Shown here piece after piece: positions 36,276 through 51,258 of a DNA stretch of 64,000 bases. The first letter of the stretch is position 1. Each line of letters begins with the position of its first letter. The position numbers and the translations under genes were made by a program. Below the pieces are notes generated by a model. It saw nothing but the letters and a program-made list of their open reading frames with translations, had not been told where the DNA came from and did no database searches. The DNA is from Amphiscolops sp. MND2022 (taxonomy: Eukaryota): NCBI GenBank assembly GCA_964187785.1, contig OZ076409.1, forward strand, positions 93,436,001 through 93,500,000. Direction: 5' to 3'.

Positions 36276-39178
36276 TAACTGATTGTAGACCAGCAAGCGA
36301 TAAGAATAGAAACCATTCCACTGAAACGTTAGATTTGAGATATAACTAAGATGCAAAAACGAAAATGAACTAATGTTTTGGTATAGGCACTACATGCTAT
36401 TCCTTGCTCAACCCATTGAATCCACATCAGATGTCATACCACCATCAGCTCTCATTTTCATCGGAACCATTGCAACTCGCTTTGATTCTGGCACAGTCTT
36501 TCAAATAAAGTAACATGCTAAAATTCCCCATCAACTGGCCGCAAGAATTCGGAACTATTTCCGCTCCTCAAAGAAGTTTGAGACATCTTACTTCAGTATC
36601 TTTGTTTTTTAGTACACCGATAAAAAAACTGGAGAAAAAACTAGTCATTACAAGAGCCGTGCTTTTTTTCCTGGAAAGGTCTGTAACTTTTGGGTTCTTT
36701 TGCTCCTAAATTTTTGACCTAAAAACGTAAATTCATTTGAACGTAGTAAAAACCTTACTTCCGAGAGGGTATGTTATAGGCACAGGTTCAACTGTATTCT
36801 TTAGACTTTCAACTGTAAATATTAGACTATAGTGAAATACTACAGTTCTACCAACTGTAATGAAATTGAAAAATGAAAATTTTATTGATGTAATCAGTGT
36901 GAAATTGAAGTTATATTTTGGTTCCAATCGTGGGTCAAATCGTGATTAACCGAACATTATCTTTTCTAGCAATTTTCATCGGATTTCAAGAGATAAAATG
37001 CGGAAACAGAATATACGTGTTGCGGAATGTAGGTGTACGAATTACTCTACTGGATAAAATTCTGCAAGATTACAAATCTCACTGATTTTCTAGGTTTTAT
37101 GAAATTTTTGCCTGTATACATGTTAAACGTTGCAGCGGTCTCAACTAGGATATGAATGAGATCTTGATACATAGGAATATTATTTTGTTGAATTTTATTT
37201 TGTTGAATTATTTTTTTTTTCAAATTTACAACGTTATGCTAGTTTTTTCATCTATCAAAAACATAGAATCCATAAAAGGACCCTATAAATATTGGCTTCA
37301 TACGAGGACCCTAAGATGCGAAACTAGTTGACTATTTTCCTTCAAGTTTTAATATCTTTCCAAAATGTTCGTTGCACACCAGCGGATTTTTTGTAGTGAC
37401 ACCACAACTAATGTGAAACCCTAAATTAGGGATGAATTTCCGTTGAAACGAATTTCCGTTGAAACTTTATATAGAAAAACTGCATTTCCAAGCATGGGGG
37501 ACATGGGAAAGGATCGGTGGCCTGCGTATTTGAATGTTACCGCATTCTTTGATTCAAAATGTCAATGGAAGGAAAATGAAAAAATGTGAAGAAAATGAAA
37601 GTACCGCGCTTTCCTTGAGAATAATTTTCTTAAATCATGAGCACTTTTATCAAATTTGAAAACCGTTTTAAAACCGTGACGATTCATTGTTTGATTAAAT
37701 TTTCAAGCACCACGCCAAATCAATTTATACTTTTATGTTTTTACCAACAACGTTTGTTCACAGATTCGGTCTTTCTCAAGGAAAACGTAAACAAAACGTA
37801 AAGTCATCTTTCAACGAATAAAGTCATAAGCAGCGCTATTACTCGAATGAGACACCCAACAGGAAAATTGAATACCTTCTGAAAACATAGCTTGTCCCAA
37901 CCGGGTTGACCACCATAGAAAAAATCCAGTTCTTAGAATGACCATATATGAAAAACTTATGGCCAATAGCATGGCTAAAAATGTCATGTTTTTCATTTTT
38001 GGCAACTACTTTCCATATATGGAAACATTGCATCAACTAAATGTTACGTCAACTCGGGCAAGAATCCGAAGTTTTCTGCAGAGGTTTAGATGTTTGTTTA
38101 TGGAATAGTATCAGCCATAATTGGTTTCGAATACATTACTACTAGTGCCACGAAGAATCCCTGATTACCATGATTTTTGGCACCATGTCAAAAGTCTTGA
38201 ACAATCAATCATGGCAACAGTGTTTGGTGCCATCCGTTATCTATCAATCGAAATGCAGGAAAAGTTTCTCATGTTCGAAAACAGTATGCACAAAATATTC
38301 AATGAAAAACTAGCTAAAGCTATCGGATCGGGGGAACGATTATGAAAGTGGGGGAAACGCCATAAGTTTGATATAGTTTTCCCTGTAATACTGATTTATT
38401 CAGTTCTTACATGACCAGTGACCTATGAAACTTGGATGCTGAACCAAAACCAGTTACGTTTTAATGCATGTACGTTGCTTTGAGAATTTTATAAAATCAT
38501 GCAAAATTAGCTTGGTAACCTACAAAAAGTTAAACCTTTTCCAACCAGGGTGCAGAAGATGTGAATAGTGCGTAGTTGAATGGTGCGTAGTTGAAAAATT
38601 AAGATGTAAAAACAATGGTATCCTGTCGGTTACGAATCAGTAATATTTTCCAATTTGGACTGCAGTAGTGGAAAATTCACTGAAATTCTACAAAATTTTC
38701 CCACAGAATCTTGTTGAGTATTCTAAGTTTCATGAAAAATTACCCTGCAAGAGGGCCTGAAGCATGTAAATAACTTCAGTAGTCTCAACTAGAGTATACA
38801 GGAGATTTACAACAATCTTTTATGAAGCACGAACAAAACCAAAACATAGGGAATGTCATACAAAGACTATTTTTATAATATTTAGTTCATACAATGCCCG
38901 TAAATGAAAACATTTCAGTTACTATATGACAATAAATTGTGTTGTCTTTGTCTAGTTCCTTATATGGAAACACTTAAGAACTAAGCCTCAACCCGGAAAG
39001 TTTTCTACATTGGGAAAAGTTCGGAACTAGTTAAATTTGACACTCTTGTTTCTTTTTTTTTCAACGTTTGTTGGACAATACTTGAATTTCCAATGGCAAG
39101 GTTGAAAAAGTTCGAAATCAGATGGGTTAAAACTCACAAATTTTTTCAAATAAAATGTCAAAAGCTCGCTGAATGCAA

Positions 39179-41817
39179 TGACAGACCCTCGCGAGGGCTG
39201 CTTTGAAGAACCTTGACCTGACGAGGTCGCATTGGTATTGTTCGTTCTTTCCATCATTGTTGTCACAGCCCGCTCCCGGACTGACTTGTGGGTGCAGACG
39301 AATAGGCATCGGGAGAGGACATGGCTGTGGCTCGAGGTTCCCAAGATGGAAATTCAAAAGTTAGACTCAAACTTTAACTGAAATAAACTGTGACTTGAAC
39401 ATAGGAAATATGACTACTGTCGGGCGAATACAAAATGAAAATGTGCATTAAAACTGAACGCATCTAAAATGGAAACAAGCGCCAAAATTGAACAGATCGA
39501 AGTAATTTTCACAAATTTCTGCTGAGACGTTTAAGCCACGCAAAACTAGTCATTCTCCACCTGAAAACTAAATTAGAATGCGTCTTGAAATGGAGATCAT
39601 AGGCTTGTCTAAACGAAAATCTTAAACGAAATCATCTCTAAGTAAGAACATCAATCAAATGTAAAACTGAAATTACAATGAGATGGCACTCTAAGGCGAT
39701 TACTCCTTTCCGAGAAAAAGCAGCTTAATTGCTCTTTGAACGGCAATGAATGCAGATCAGGACAAACATTCAACGCTAAGGAAACAAATTTGGCCGCTGC
39801 GGCTAGTATTACTGTATTAGTGACGTCAGCGATACGTCACTAACTTGGCAGCTAGCTAGAATTTCATTCCAAAATACTCGTCACCAGCTCGTCAAACTTG
39901 GCAGCCTGCCTAACTAGCTAAGAAAACTTGTCAGCGCTACGTCGCAAATCCATCAAAAGAGCTATTTTGTCCATTCCATAATAGTAACCTGAATGCAGTT
40001 TCCACAAAAAATATCAAAGAAAGACGGCATTGGATCACGTGTAAATATTACTAGGATATAGTTGGATGCTCATAGATTACATTTACTCTCAGTCAAACAA
40101 AATTGTGGACGATTTAAATGCAAAGCTCGGGACTTACTAAATTTCGACCTGGAGGAAATCTTTCGACATTCACTAAAAGTCACAGGTTATGTATAAGAGG
40201 AATTAAAACAGCCGTTTCCTATGATACGGGAATAATTTGTAAATGTGATTTTTCTTTTTTACTAAATTAGCTATTATGTGAAACTGTTTGCTACAAGATT
40301 GTCATTGTCATGTCGACAACTTGTCAAACTCAAGCTACGACTGAAATATGCAGTTTGTGATACATTTTAACTGGTATACAGTAACTGTTATTGGATCATC
40401 GAACTCGAAAAATATTCATCATTTCGCAATTTGTTGCTGTTTAAATGTCGTTGGTATAATTTAAAAACATACATGTAAAATTGGTTACCGTTAATAATGC
40501 GTTGCTACTCACAGTTGTTGCTATAATTGAAACTAATGAACGTTTATGATATTACTTGACTAAAGTGTTAATAGATGTGAATAATGACTTGAAGTAAATA
40601 TTTGAATGCATGTATTCAACAATCAGTCTTTCTATTCTCCTATCATCTCTAAATATTTCAAGCAAAAGAGATTATTCATCCTTTTTTTCAAGTTAAAATT
40701 TGAAATCAGGTATTTATTGTTCACGTCAGCGTCATCCCAGTGTCGATTTCTTACAAGCCAAAGCAGTAAAACAGGGAAATTTTTCCGGTTTGACAGACTG
40801 AAATAAAATCTACTTCCTGCTTGGGATGAAGCAAAGGACGCCGGAATGAAATGATATGATCATGTTTAATGACTAATACGGAATCAGAATTTCCGTGTCC
40901 TGAAATTGGACGAAAAGTCGACGCAATATGAGGATCATGATAAATTCTTCACCGAAAATACAGGAAATGACTCATTTTTCATAGAAATGTGAGAATTCAT
41001 TCGTGATCAAGTTATGCTATGAAAGTATTTATACGATACACCTCGAAAACTGAGGGACTCGGTCAGTCTTTTGCTTTGATTAGGTGCAGTTAGTCTGTAT
41101 TTCTCACTCTATATATTTGCCTTATCTTAGTTGGAACGATTGATCAAAATTCAATTGAAAAATACAAAACCGAAACTGTTTCATCAAGATGTTAACAACA
41201 AGAAGTCAGAAAAGGAGAAACAAATTTCGGGAACGCACCGAGAACGTAAGTGAAGGTTTAATTTCCCCAGATGTGGTAGAAAACTCGGGATTTCTAGATC
41301 AAGACGTATCAGCTACGGGGCGATCTAACGCTAAATCCCTCAGGATAGAAAACAGCATCTTAGAAAGTTTGCAAGCTTCTCTGAGAGAAGAAAAAACGTC
41401 TGAGATCAAAAACTTTGATAGAATCCCAAAAGGAGATGCTGAAGCTGTTAAAACCTAAAACAGGAGAGAAGGTAAGAGAAAAAGATGAAATCGAGCTAGA
41501 GAACAAACTAGAAGTTTTTATAATCCTACAAAATCAGTAATGATAAATTCCACCCAAAACAACGTCCCGTGCACAAGTCGTAACAAATGTAATCATTAGG
41601 TCCTTCAGTTGTCCACTTTCAGATTGTAATTATTTGAGCTTCCTTTCATTACTGTCTTTCATTTCAGCTATCTAAGAGCTCACACTGAACTCTCCTACTG
41701 ACTCAGTTTCTGCGATATTCGCTTCAGTCATTTTTTGAGGATTTGACGATTGAGAATTAACAGATAGAACGATGATTTTCCCAAATCGGAGTCTAGTACC
41801 TGGTTCTGAACTCATGC
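39179..41817 (-). mobile_element. 3' end of a minus-strand LTR carrying a gag-like N-terminus, split by a solo LTR insertion
   Basis: Removing 39261-41590 restores a frame MSSEPGTRLRFGK...KDLMIT|MMERTNNTN...SRGSV (two internal stops). It ends at a TGACAG terminus at 39179. The other LTR boundary was not determined. Confidence 0.55.
39261..41585 (+). mobile_element. Solo LTR (2325 bp) with gag N-terminal fragment (MLTTRSQKRR..., from 41189)
   Basis: TGTCAC...GTAACA termini, near-perfect 5-bp TSD ATTGT/AATGT, and the flanks rejoin in frame. Confidence 0.8.
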
Positions 41818-44800
41818 GATGGTCGAAAATCTGTTTGGAGGAAAGACTGGATTGTGGATGGTTTTACGATGAGTTTTGTCTCATTTCGATCGTAAAAAAT
41901 ATAGTCTACTAACTAGACAAAACCAAGTCAATTTATTGTCAGGTCAAATTTTCAGATTATTGTTGATGTAAATATTATGAGTATGTTGTGAAAATAAACG
42001 TTTTGAACTTATTTTTCCTGGTGACTTTGGACTTCGAAGAATACTGTCGAACCAAATAAACAAGTAGCCAGTTTGGATCTTTAGGCTTTACAACCACTGA
42101 AGGGTAGGGCGTATGAGTACTCCTGTGACGAGTCACTTATGGCGGCTTCCCATTTTGCAAATTGCGTGTCAAGCTTCGTTGGTAAGACTCAAATTTTACC
42201 ACCTACCTTATCTCATTAGCTAGTCCGGCAGGTGCTAATTGATTAGCTGTGTGATCACTTTTGTCGCAACTTGCCGCTGGGTAACCAAAATATATGAAAT
42301 GTTAGCGTGATTTTTGGTTTTACATTATACCATCAATTTACACTATGTACTTACCATCACAATCTTTGTTACCATGACGATGTGAAAGTGATAAACTTTC
42401 ACACCTAATGCAATCACGAGTATGTTGTCAACGTGATTAACAGCATCGATGAAGTAACGATGAATTGAATGCAAACTTGATGTGTGTATGACTCCACAAC
42501 TGAACAATAAAATACCAATGAAAATAACGATGGATTTTAAAGGTTTGATGAATTACACGTTTTTCACATTATTCCAGCACAATACTCTTTCCATAGATGA
42601 AATTTAGCTGAAGCTTTCCTCACTTCATCTAACAGGCTATGTTCTCTAGTCAACGTACTCGAATGATGTAAATGGGATGCTCTCGCCTGTAAGGGAGTGA
42701 GGAATGATTGACATTGAATCCAGCTAGGCTGTTACTAGTATATTGAAGCAACAAAATCACTTGAAAACTGGTTTCAAACGCCGCTGACTCATACGTCCAT
42801 ACATTATGAATGCAACTCCACTGATGGATTTGCGTTGTGAATCCACATTGAATTACATAACGTTGCACCAATGACGAGAACTAGATGAGATTAGATTTTT
42901 CTCTTAATGACCCAACGAACCCATGAATCAGTAATGGCAATCACGACAGCTCCACTCTGAGGTGAGAGTTAACTGCCTCCACTCTAAAGTTCATCTTTTA
43001 CATCTGTCAGTCCAGTATGTCTGAGACTACTTTCTTCTCCTTGTCGTGACAAACCATGATTATTAATGTAGAAGTCACCATATTTCATAATCAGTTATGC
43101 TGGCACCGGAACTAAATAATTAGGTAAATACATTTCTCAAACTCAGGAGGAAGATGGGACTAGTAACGAAGAATAGGTAAAAGTAAACGTAGATACAAGT
43201 AACGTAGAGTTGCGCAAGTCTATTTATCCTATAAAATGACTTCATATTGCCCATAGAGAATTTCCTACGACATTATTGTTTACACTACAGGTGTTTAGTA
43301 GATTATATTTCCATCATGCTGGCAAACGGCGTCTTGAGTCCGTCTTTAGAGCAATGAAATGTAGATGGTCCTCGCCAGAGCAACTCGGAAGCGCTCTGAT
43401 TGGCTGATTCGGAATTTTCTTGAACATAAACAACAACTGTTTTTCAGCAGCAATATTTTCTGAACGATTCACTCTGGAGTCCGTTTGCTTCCGCCACGAT
43501 TCCTTTCGAGCAACTATCCCTTAGTTCTCGTTTTTAAATTGGTAGACACTGGAAGGAGATAACAAACGATCTGAAAAGAAACGAAAGAGATGTTCAACGT
43601 TTAACAAATCGAAGAAAATGGAGAAACAGAGTTCGATCAGTACTCAAAAGGCCTGATCAACCATCATTACGATAATGCAGATTCAGAAAACAACTCAAAG
43701 ACACTTGGCAGCTCGAAAGTACTATTTTACCAAAATCTTTGGATCAATGAATGGAAAACCGATGAATACTTTTCGACTTTGGACAATGTTCATCAAATTT
43801 GACAATGTTTTATCAGGCCTTTGAAGTACTGATCGAACTCTGTTTCTCCATTTTCTTCGATTTGTTAAACGTTGAACATCTCTTTCGTTTCTTTTCAGAT
43901 CGTTTGTTATCTCCTTCAAGGTCTACGATATCCGACGAAATTCATTTTGTCATCATCTTGATCAGGACTGAATCCCAAGAAAGAAAGTGGTTATTCGATT
44001 CAGCCAAAACCACACACATTCTTCACTTTCCAATTGGTAAGTGTTCGTCCTTTTGTTCAGACTACTTCCTTTGGCACACCACCATGGGCAGCATTTTTCT
44101 GGGATGATACAACTGCTATGTTCGCGAGGTACTTTGTGAAAGCATCCTCCAGTATAGTAAGTTCCGTTTGATCTATTCTTTGTCCGAAATCGGCGATGTG
44201 ATTCCGATGGTTTTACCTTCCATCTCATTTTCATGCAGAGCTTTTATGGTCGCAATAAGATAGAACTTTGGCGATGTTTTCATGCTGAACTTCGAAATTT
44301 TGTTTTTGATTTGTTTCTCGTTTACATCTCTTGCGATGTACTTCTGATGACTGCTGCATTTTTCTTTGCTTTTCTCTATATGATTTTTCTCGTCTGCTTC
44401 TCACTGTGTTTACGTTTCTTTTTTCTTCCAATCCGTGTTTTATTAGGTCATACTCTGATCTATGCCTTTCGCCCTTCGACCGGAAAGATCTTTTTCACTT
44501 CAACGCCGCGGTTTACTCAGTTACGTGATGCAGAAACTACCATTGATATTTTCACCAATCGCATCAGTGTGGACGTCGCTACTTCAACTGTGTTCTACAT
44601 CATTTTTCATCTCTCCCACGTTTTCTATGTTTTGTGGTTTGTGTCCTTAGGATGGGAACGATATGCCTTTTTCTCCGTTGTAATACTAGGGAAGACAGTC
44701 ATCAAGCTCTGGTGGTTTAACCATCCTTGTTGCGCGCTCTCTTGTCTTCGCGCGAACCCACCAGTCACGTCATTTATTCGCTCGTTCAAGTTGCTTTTTT

Positions 44801-47539
44801 CGAAACTGGGAGTAGAGGCATTACGAACTTCTAAGAGAAATGCCGTGGTCTGGACTTCTCAGTTGCCCCAATTTCTTCCAAATATGTCTGACAAACATCT
44901 TTCCTGAATGGTCTAACTATGCCGTTACATAGTTTAGTTATGAACAGTTTCAGATTGAACAGTTTCTTTCAAGTTACGATTTCAATAACAATTTGAAAGG
45001 AAGGGCTTTTAATCCAAATAATCAGTGGTGTGAGACACCTGTTGCCCACCTGGGAAACATACCATCAGAAGACAAACCTTTACGCATTCTTGACACTATT
45101 TTGAGTAATTTGTATATAATTTCTTTAGTGATATTCACTGTTCATTTATTGTATTCTGCCAAGCAGAAAAGGGGGGGAGGGATTGACAGTGTAAAACAAG
45201 GCGGAAACATTTACAGTACTACGTCAGAATGTTCCCTAGTGCTATTTTTCAGTTAAGGGGTAATTTAGTATAGATACCTAGACTGTTATTGTTTCTTGAG
45301 TGCTCGCGTTGGTTTTTCGGCAGCGATTTATCAGGAATAACGGTTAAGATCATAATTACAGGTCTTCAGGCAACTTTTAATTTTGTTAAATACATTCTTT
45401 CATAGTCCCTTCAAATGCAGAAAAATAGGCTCATCTCCTTTTCATCAGCTATTGTTTTGTCGTTTTCCACATTCTAACCAACACGATGCGAGGCCTACGA
45501 ATTATCAGTTAAATCCAAGAGGTTTTAATGATTGCGCGAAGTTTGGTTTCTCTATACAATTTTGAAATTTTCGTCGATTTTCCATTGTACGTCCGGTAAA
45601 CTATTTCAATTTCACGATTGTCGCCACGTTCTTTGCTCAAAACTGGGTTAATTTTTGTTACAATGTTCATTTAGTGAAACCTTGGCATAACTCATTCAAG
45701 CTGTGTTGAATTTATCGTCAGTGACCCGTTTCACGGGAATTCGTTTAGATGCAATAAAATAAAAATCCTTGTAATGTTTATCTTTATGACTACATGTTTC
45801 AGTTAGGACATGAAACGACGGTTACATGTATTTTACGTTTTTACGAATGCTCAAACGAGTATCACTTTGTCAAAGCCGAAAGATCCTTTCTCGTCATTAG
45901 CTCTAGGCATAGGCAAGCGTGGTAGCCGCTTTCGTGGCCGGCGGTGTAAGCACCTTACTCACCAGGCCAACCTGTGGGGGAGCCCATTTTGGCATGCCGA
46001 GGGTCCGCTCCTTCCAAATGTTTGAAAACTCAACGTTCATGATGCAGCTAGTCTCGGCTTGTTACGCAACGCTGGTTGTTTAACATCGAGTTGCGCATTT
46101 TATCTGCAATCGCGCTTCACGCTTCATTGTCTTTTTAGTCATCTTATGTTTTTTACATAATTGATACTGGTTTTCGTTACTACATGGCTTTACCGTCTGC
46201 GTTCGTATTCACATCAGCGAGTGTAGAACACTCACCAAGTATACTTTCGGTGTGTATTGTTTACTGCATTGCATAATCGTACTACATGTAAAGTGTCTTG
46301 ATTACATACATGACCCAAAAGGTTTTCAAGTTCACTTTTCGGTTACTTGGACAATGTTTTATCGTCAAAAAACCTCTACAAAACTAACTTAGAAACCACT
46401 ATGTCATCGGCTACCCGGGAAGTTTCCTCTGCATGGTTGTAAGCCCCCTACTAAGCGAACACGTTTAAAGAGAAGAGTCTGCCAGCATGATGCCAATGGA
46501 GTTCTGTTCACATACATGGTGATTTGAATCTGAACTACTAACATAGTAGGGGTAGCTGTCTCGTGTCCTAATTCAATCACATTCATTTTACAAGTTTTCC
46601 AGGAGGTAGATAATTTCCTTTTTCCACTAGTGAATTCTATTTTTTCTCAAATAGTCTTCAAATAGTCTCCTGCCTTACAACGGTGAATTGCATACGTAAC
46701 CATGGTGCAAATGTTCCGCCCTATGACAAATAGATCAAAGGCGTAGTCGACTTTCATGTATTGATTTGATAATATGACGTCACAGTTGATCAAGTTTCAT
46801 GTGGGACGGAATTGGAAGTGCTTTTTTCATTCTTTTGTCATCCCATTTCTTTTTTGGCTATTCATGTACAAAGAAGGTTTCGCGACGCTTCTTCATCTAC
46901 TTCGACAATACTTATTGTTACTTCCGTGTAAAATGATGACTTTCTCATCGGTTTTACATTGTTTTATATTTAACCTTGTTGATCAAGCGATGGAACATCA
47001 TTTGTCAATCGCCCTTGTATGAATTGGTATATGATCGTTTCGCTGGTTTTAACAAATACCAAAGCCTCTGCTTTTTAATAAGCAATTGGATCCCAGAGCA
47101 TTGGGGTCTATCTCTAACAACACACACGGTTCTGTATGTGGGATCTTTGCAGTCTTCTGGACAAGAAACTGCCTCCTCCTCCAGCCGACGCATACATTTT
47201 TGTGTCTTCTAGATTGAGGCCCTAGGCTTCTTCGGCAATTGTGTCATCTACTCAAGTCATCTAACATGTCTGATTCCGTAGGCGGTATGTTATGAGTTGA
47301 GGACAGGTTTGTCATTTCTCTCTGTGCCGGGGCAAGCTGTAGCGGGGGGCAGTTCACGTGGTGTGTCCGTATCTTCGCAGTAACTGCTCTTTGAACTCCT
47401 TGACAGGCGGTTCTCAACCACGAACACATCGATATTTTGGTTGAGAGTGATCTCTGGAAATACATCTAATCCAAACTTGCGTAGAAGAGTAGAAGTTAGA
47501 GGCCGATACGTCAAGACCCTTTTCACTGCCTTTAGTGGC
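41709..47539. repeat. Tandem duplication, copy 1 (~5.8 kb, retroelement-derived)
   Basis: Colinear and highly similar to 47540-55527, but lacks the segments equivalent to 50845-52149 and ~54491-55209. Confidence 0.9.
43542..43926. repeat. Inverted repeat with ~115 bp arms (43542-43657 / 43812-43926) and a 154 bp spacer
   Basis: Near-perfect reverse complementarity; also present in duplication copy 2. Confidence 0.9.
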
Positions 47540-49369
47540 TCTGCGATATTCGCTTTGGTCATTTTTTGAGAATTTGACGATTGAGAATTAACAGATAGAA
47601 CGATGATTTTCCCAAATCGGAGTCTAGTACCTAGTTCTGAACTCATGCGTGTCGAAAATCTGTTTGGAGGAAAGACTGGATTGTGGATGGTTTTACGATG
47701 AGTTTTGTCTCATTTCGATCGTAAGTAATATAGTCTACTAACTAGACAAAACCAAGTCAATTAAATGTTAGGTCAATTTTTCAGATTATTGCTGATGTAA
47801 ATATTATGAGCATGATGTGAAAATAAACGGTATGAACTGATTTTTCCTGGTGACTTTGGACATCGAAGAATACTGTCGAATCAAAAAATAAAGTAGTCAG
47901 TTTGGATCTTTAGGCTTTACAACCACTGAAGGGTAGGGCGTATGAGTACTCCTGTGACGAGTCACTTATGGCGGCTTCCCATTTTGCCAATTGCGTGTCA
48001 AGCTTCGTTGGTAAGACTCAAATTTTACCACCTATCTTATCTCATTGGCTAGTCCTGCAGGTGCTAATTGATTAGCTGTGTGATCACTTTTGTCGCAACT
48101 TGCCGCTGGGTAACCAAAATATATGAAATGTTAGCGTGATTTTTGGTTTTACATTATACCATCAATTTACACTATGTACTTACCATCACAATCTTTGTTA
48201 CCATGACGATGTGAAAGTGATAAACTTTCACACCTAATGCAATCACGAGTATGTTGTCAACGTGATTAACAGCATCAATGAAGTAACGAGGAACTGAATG
48301 CAAACTTGATGTGTGTATGACTCCACAACTGAACAATAAAATACCAATGAAAATAACGATGGATTTTAAAGGTTTGATGAATTACACGTTTTTCACATTA
48401 TTCCAGCACAATACTCTTTCCATAGATGAAATTTAGCTGAAGTTTTCCTCACTTCATCTTACAGGCTATGTTCTCTAGTCAACGTACTCGAATGATGTAA
48501 ATGGGATGCTCTTGCCTGTAAGGGAGTGAGAAATGATTGACATTGAATCCAGGTAGGCTGTTACTAGTATATTGAAGCACAAAATCACTTGAAAACTGGT
48601 TTCAAACGCCGCTGACTCATACGTCCATACATTATGAATGCAACTCCACTGATGGATTTGCGATGTGAATCCACATTAAATTACATAACGTTGCACCAAT
48701 GACGAGAACTAGATGAGATTTGCCTTTTCTCCTAATGACCCAACAAACCCATGAATCAGTGATGGCAATCACGACAGCTCCACTTTGAGGCGGGAGTTAA
48801 CTGCCTCCACTCTAAAGTTCATCTTTTACATCTGTCAGTCCAGTTTGACTGAGACTACTTTCTTCTCCTTGTCGTGACAAACCACGAATATTAATGTAGT
48901 AGTCGCCATATTTCATAATCAGTTATGCTGGCACCGGAACTAAATAATTAGGTAAATACATAGCTCAAACTCAGGAGGAAGATGGGACTAGTAACGTAGA
49001 ATAGGTAAGAGTAAACGTAGATACAAGTCACGTAGAGTTGCGCAAGTCTATTTATCCTATAATATGACTTCACATTGCCCATAGAGAATTTCATACGACA
49101 TAATTGTTCACACTACAGATGTTTAGTAGATTATATTTCCATCATGCTGGCAAACGGCGTCTTGAGTCCGTCTTTAGAGCAATGAAATGTAGATGGTCCT
49201 CGCCAGAGCAACTCGGAAGCGCTCTGATTGGCTGATTCAGAATTTTGTTAAACATAAAAAACAACTGTTTTTCAGCAGCAATATTTTCTGAACGATTCAC
49301 TCTGGAGTCTGTTTGCTTCCGCCACGATTCCCTTCGAGCAACTATCCTTTAGTTCTCGTTTTTAAATTG

Positions 49370-49755
49370 GTAGACACTGGAAGGAGATAACAAACGATCT
49401 GAAAAGAAACGAAAGAGATGTTCAACGTTTAACAAATCGAAGAAAATGGAGAAACAGAGTTCGATCAGTACTTAAAAGGCCTGATCAACCATCATTACGA
49501 TAACGCAGATTCACAAAACAACTCAAAGACACCTGGCAGCTCGAAAGTACTATTTTAACAAAATCTTTGGATCAATGAATAGAAAACCGAAGAACACTTT
49601 TCGACTTTGCACAATGTTCATCAATTTTGACAATGTTCTATCATGCCTTTGAAGTACTGATCGAACTCTGTTTCTCCATTTTCTTCGATTTGTTAAACGT
49701 TGAACATCTCTTTCGTTTTCTTTTCAGATCGTTTGTTATCTCCTTCAAGGTCTAC
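49370..49755. repeat. Inverted repeat, second copy (49370-49485 / 49640-49755)
   Basis: Paralog of 43542-43926. Confidence 0.9.
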
Positions 49756-51258
49756 GATATCCGACGATATTCATTTTGTCCTCATCTTGATCAGGACTGA
49801 ATCCCAAGAAAGAAAGTGGTTATTCGATTCAGCTAAAACCACACACTTTCTTCACTTTCCAATTGGTAAGTGTTCGTCCTTTTGTTCAGACTACTTCCTT
49901 TGGCACACCACCATGGGCAGCATTTTTCTGGGATGATACAACTGCTATGTTCGCGAGGTACTTTGTGAAAGCATCCTCCAGTATAGTAAGTTCTGTTTGA
50001 TCTATTCTTTGTCCGAAATCAGCGATGTGATTCCGATGGTTTCCCTTCCATCTCATTTTCATGCAGAGCCTTTATGGTCGCAATAAGATAGAACTTTGGC
50101 GATGTTTTCGTGCTGAACTTCGAAATTTTGTTTTTGATTTGTTTCTCGTTTACATCTCTTGCGATGTACTTCTGATAACTGCTGCATTTTTCTTTTTTTT
50201 TCTCTATACGATTTTTCTCGTCTGCTTCTCACTGTGTTTCCGTTTCTTTTTTCTTCCAATCCGTGTTTTATTAGGTCATACTCTGATCTATGCCTTTCGC
50301 CCTTCGACCGGAAAGATCTTTTTCACTTCACCGCCACGGTTTACTCAGTTACGTGATGCAGAGACTACCATTGATATTTTCACCAATCGCATCAGTGTGG
50401 ACGTCGCTACTTCAACCGTGTTCTACATCATTTTTCATCTCTCCCACGTTTTCTAAGTTTTGTGGTTTGTGTCCTTAGGATGGGAACGATATGCCTTTTT
50501 ACTCAGTTTTGATATTCATTTTCTCTCCGTTGTGTTACTAGGGAAGACAGTCCTCAAGCTCTGGTGGTTTAACCATCCTTGTTGCGGGCTTTCTCTTGTC
50601 TTCGCGCGAACCCACCAGTCACGTCATTTATTTGCTCGTTGCTTTTTTCGAAACTGGGAGTAGAGGCATTACGAACTTCTAAGAGAAATGCCGTGGTCCG
50701 GACTTCTCAGTTGCCCCAATTTCTTGCAAATGTGTCTGACTTACATCTTTCCTGGTTGGTCTAACTATGCCGTTACATAGTTTAGTTATGAACAGTTTTA
50801 AATTGAACAGTTTCTTTCAAGTTACGATTTCAATAACAATTTGATATGTTTACAGTCCGTGCTGTCCTGAGAAGTAACGCTGTTGAACTTAGCAGATGTA
50901 TGATGCGAATTGTGTGCGAACTGGGTAGACTTCCTTGTGATACTCTGCGTGACAAGCTTTTCTGGGACAGTGGAGCTGCTCGACTTCACATTGTGCCTTG
51001 ACAGCAATCTACCTGTTCGCCTGCATGCTTTATTGCTTGCCTATCGTGCTTGTTCTTGTAGTGAAGTCATTTGAATATTTCGTTTTCGCTTTGTGTTGCT
51101 ATTTCTGCCTCACTCCCTCGAGTTTCTAGCTCACACGATGTATACGTGATGAATTTTTACCTTGAGTCACATAGGCTTCAAGCATATTTTGCATTTTTTA
51201 GAATTTTGTGCTGATGGGTTTGTGATGAGCTCTTACTTCAGTAATTACTTCTAATGAG

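Noticed and set aside
44233..44907. 224 aa hydrophobic ORF as a membrane protein
   Set aside because: Phe/Leu richness follows from the T-rich strand, and the paralog at 50061 is interrupted by a stop and an indel.
45165..47246. Polypurine tract followed by a possible plus-strand LTR (TGACA...TGTCA)
   Set aside because: No partner LTR or TSD found, and copy 2 reads TGGCAG at the start; boundaries cannot be supported.
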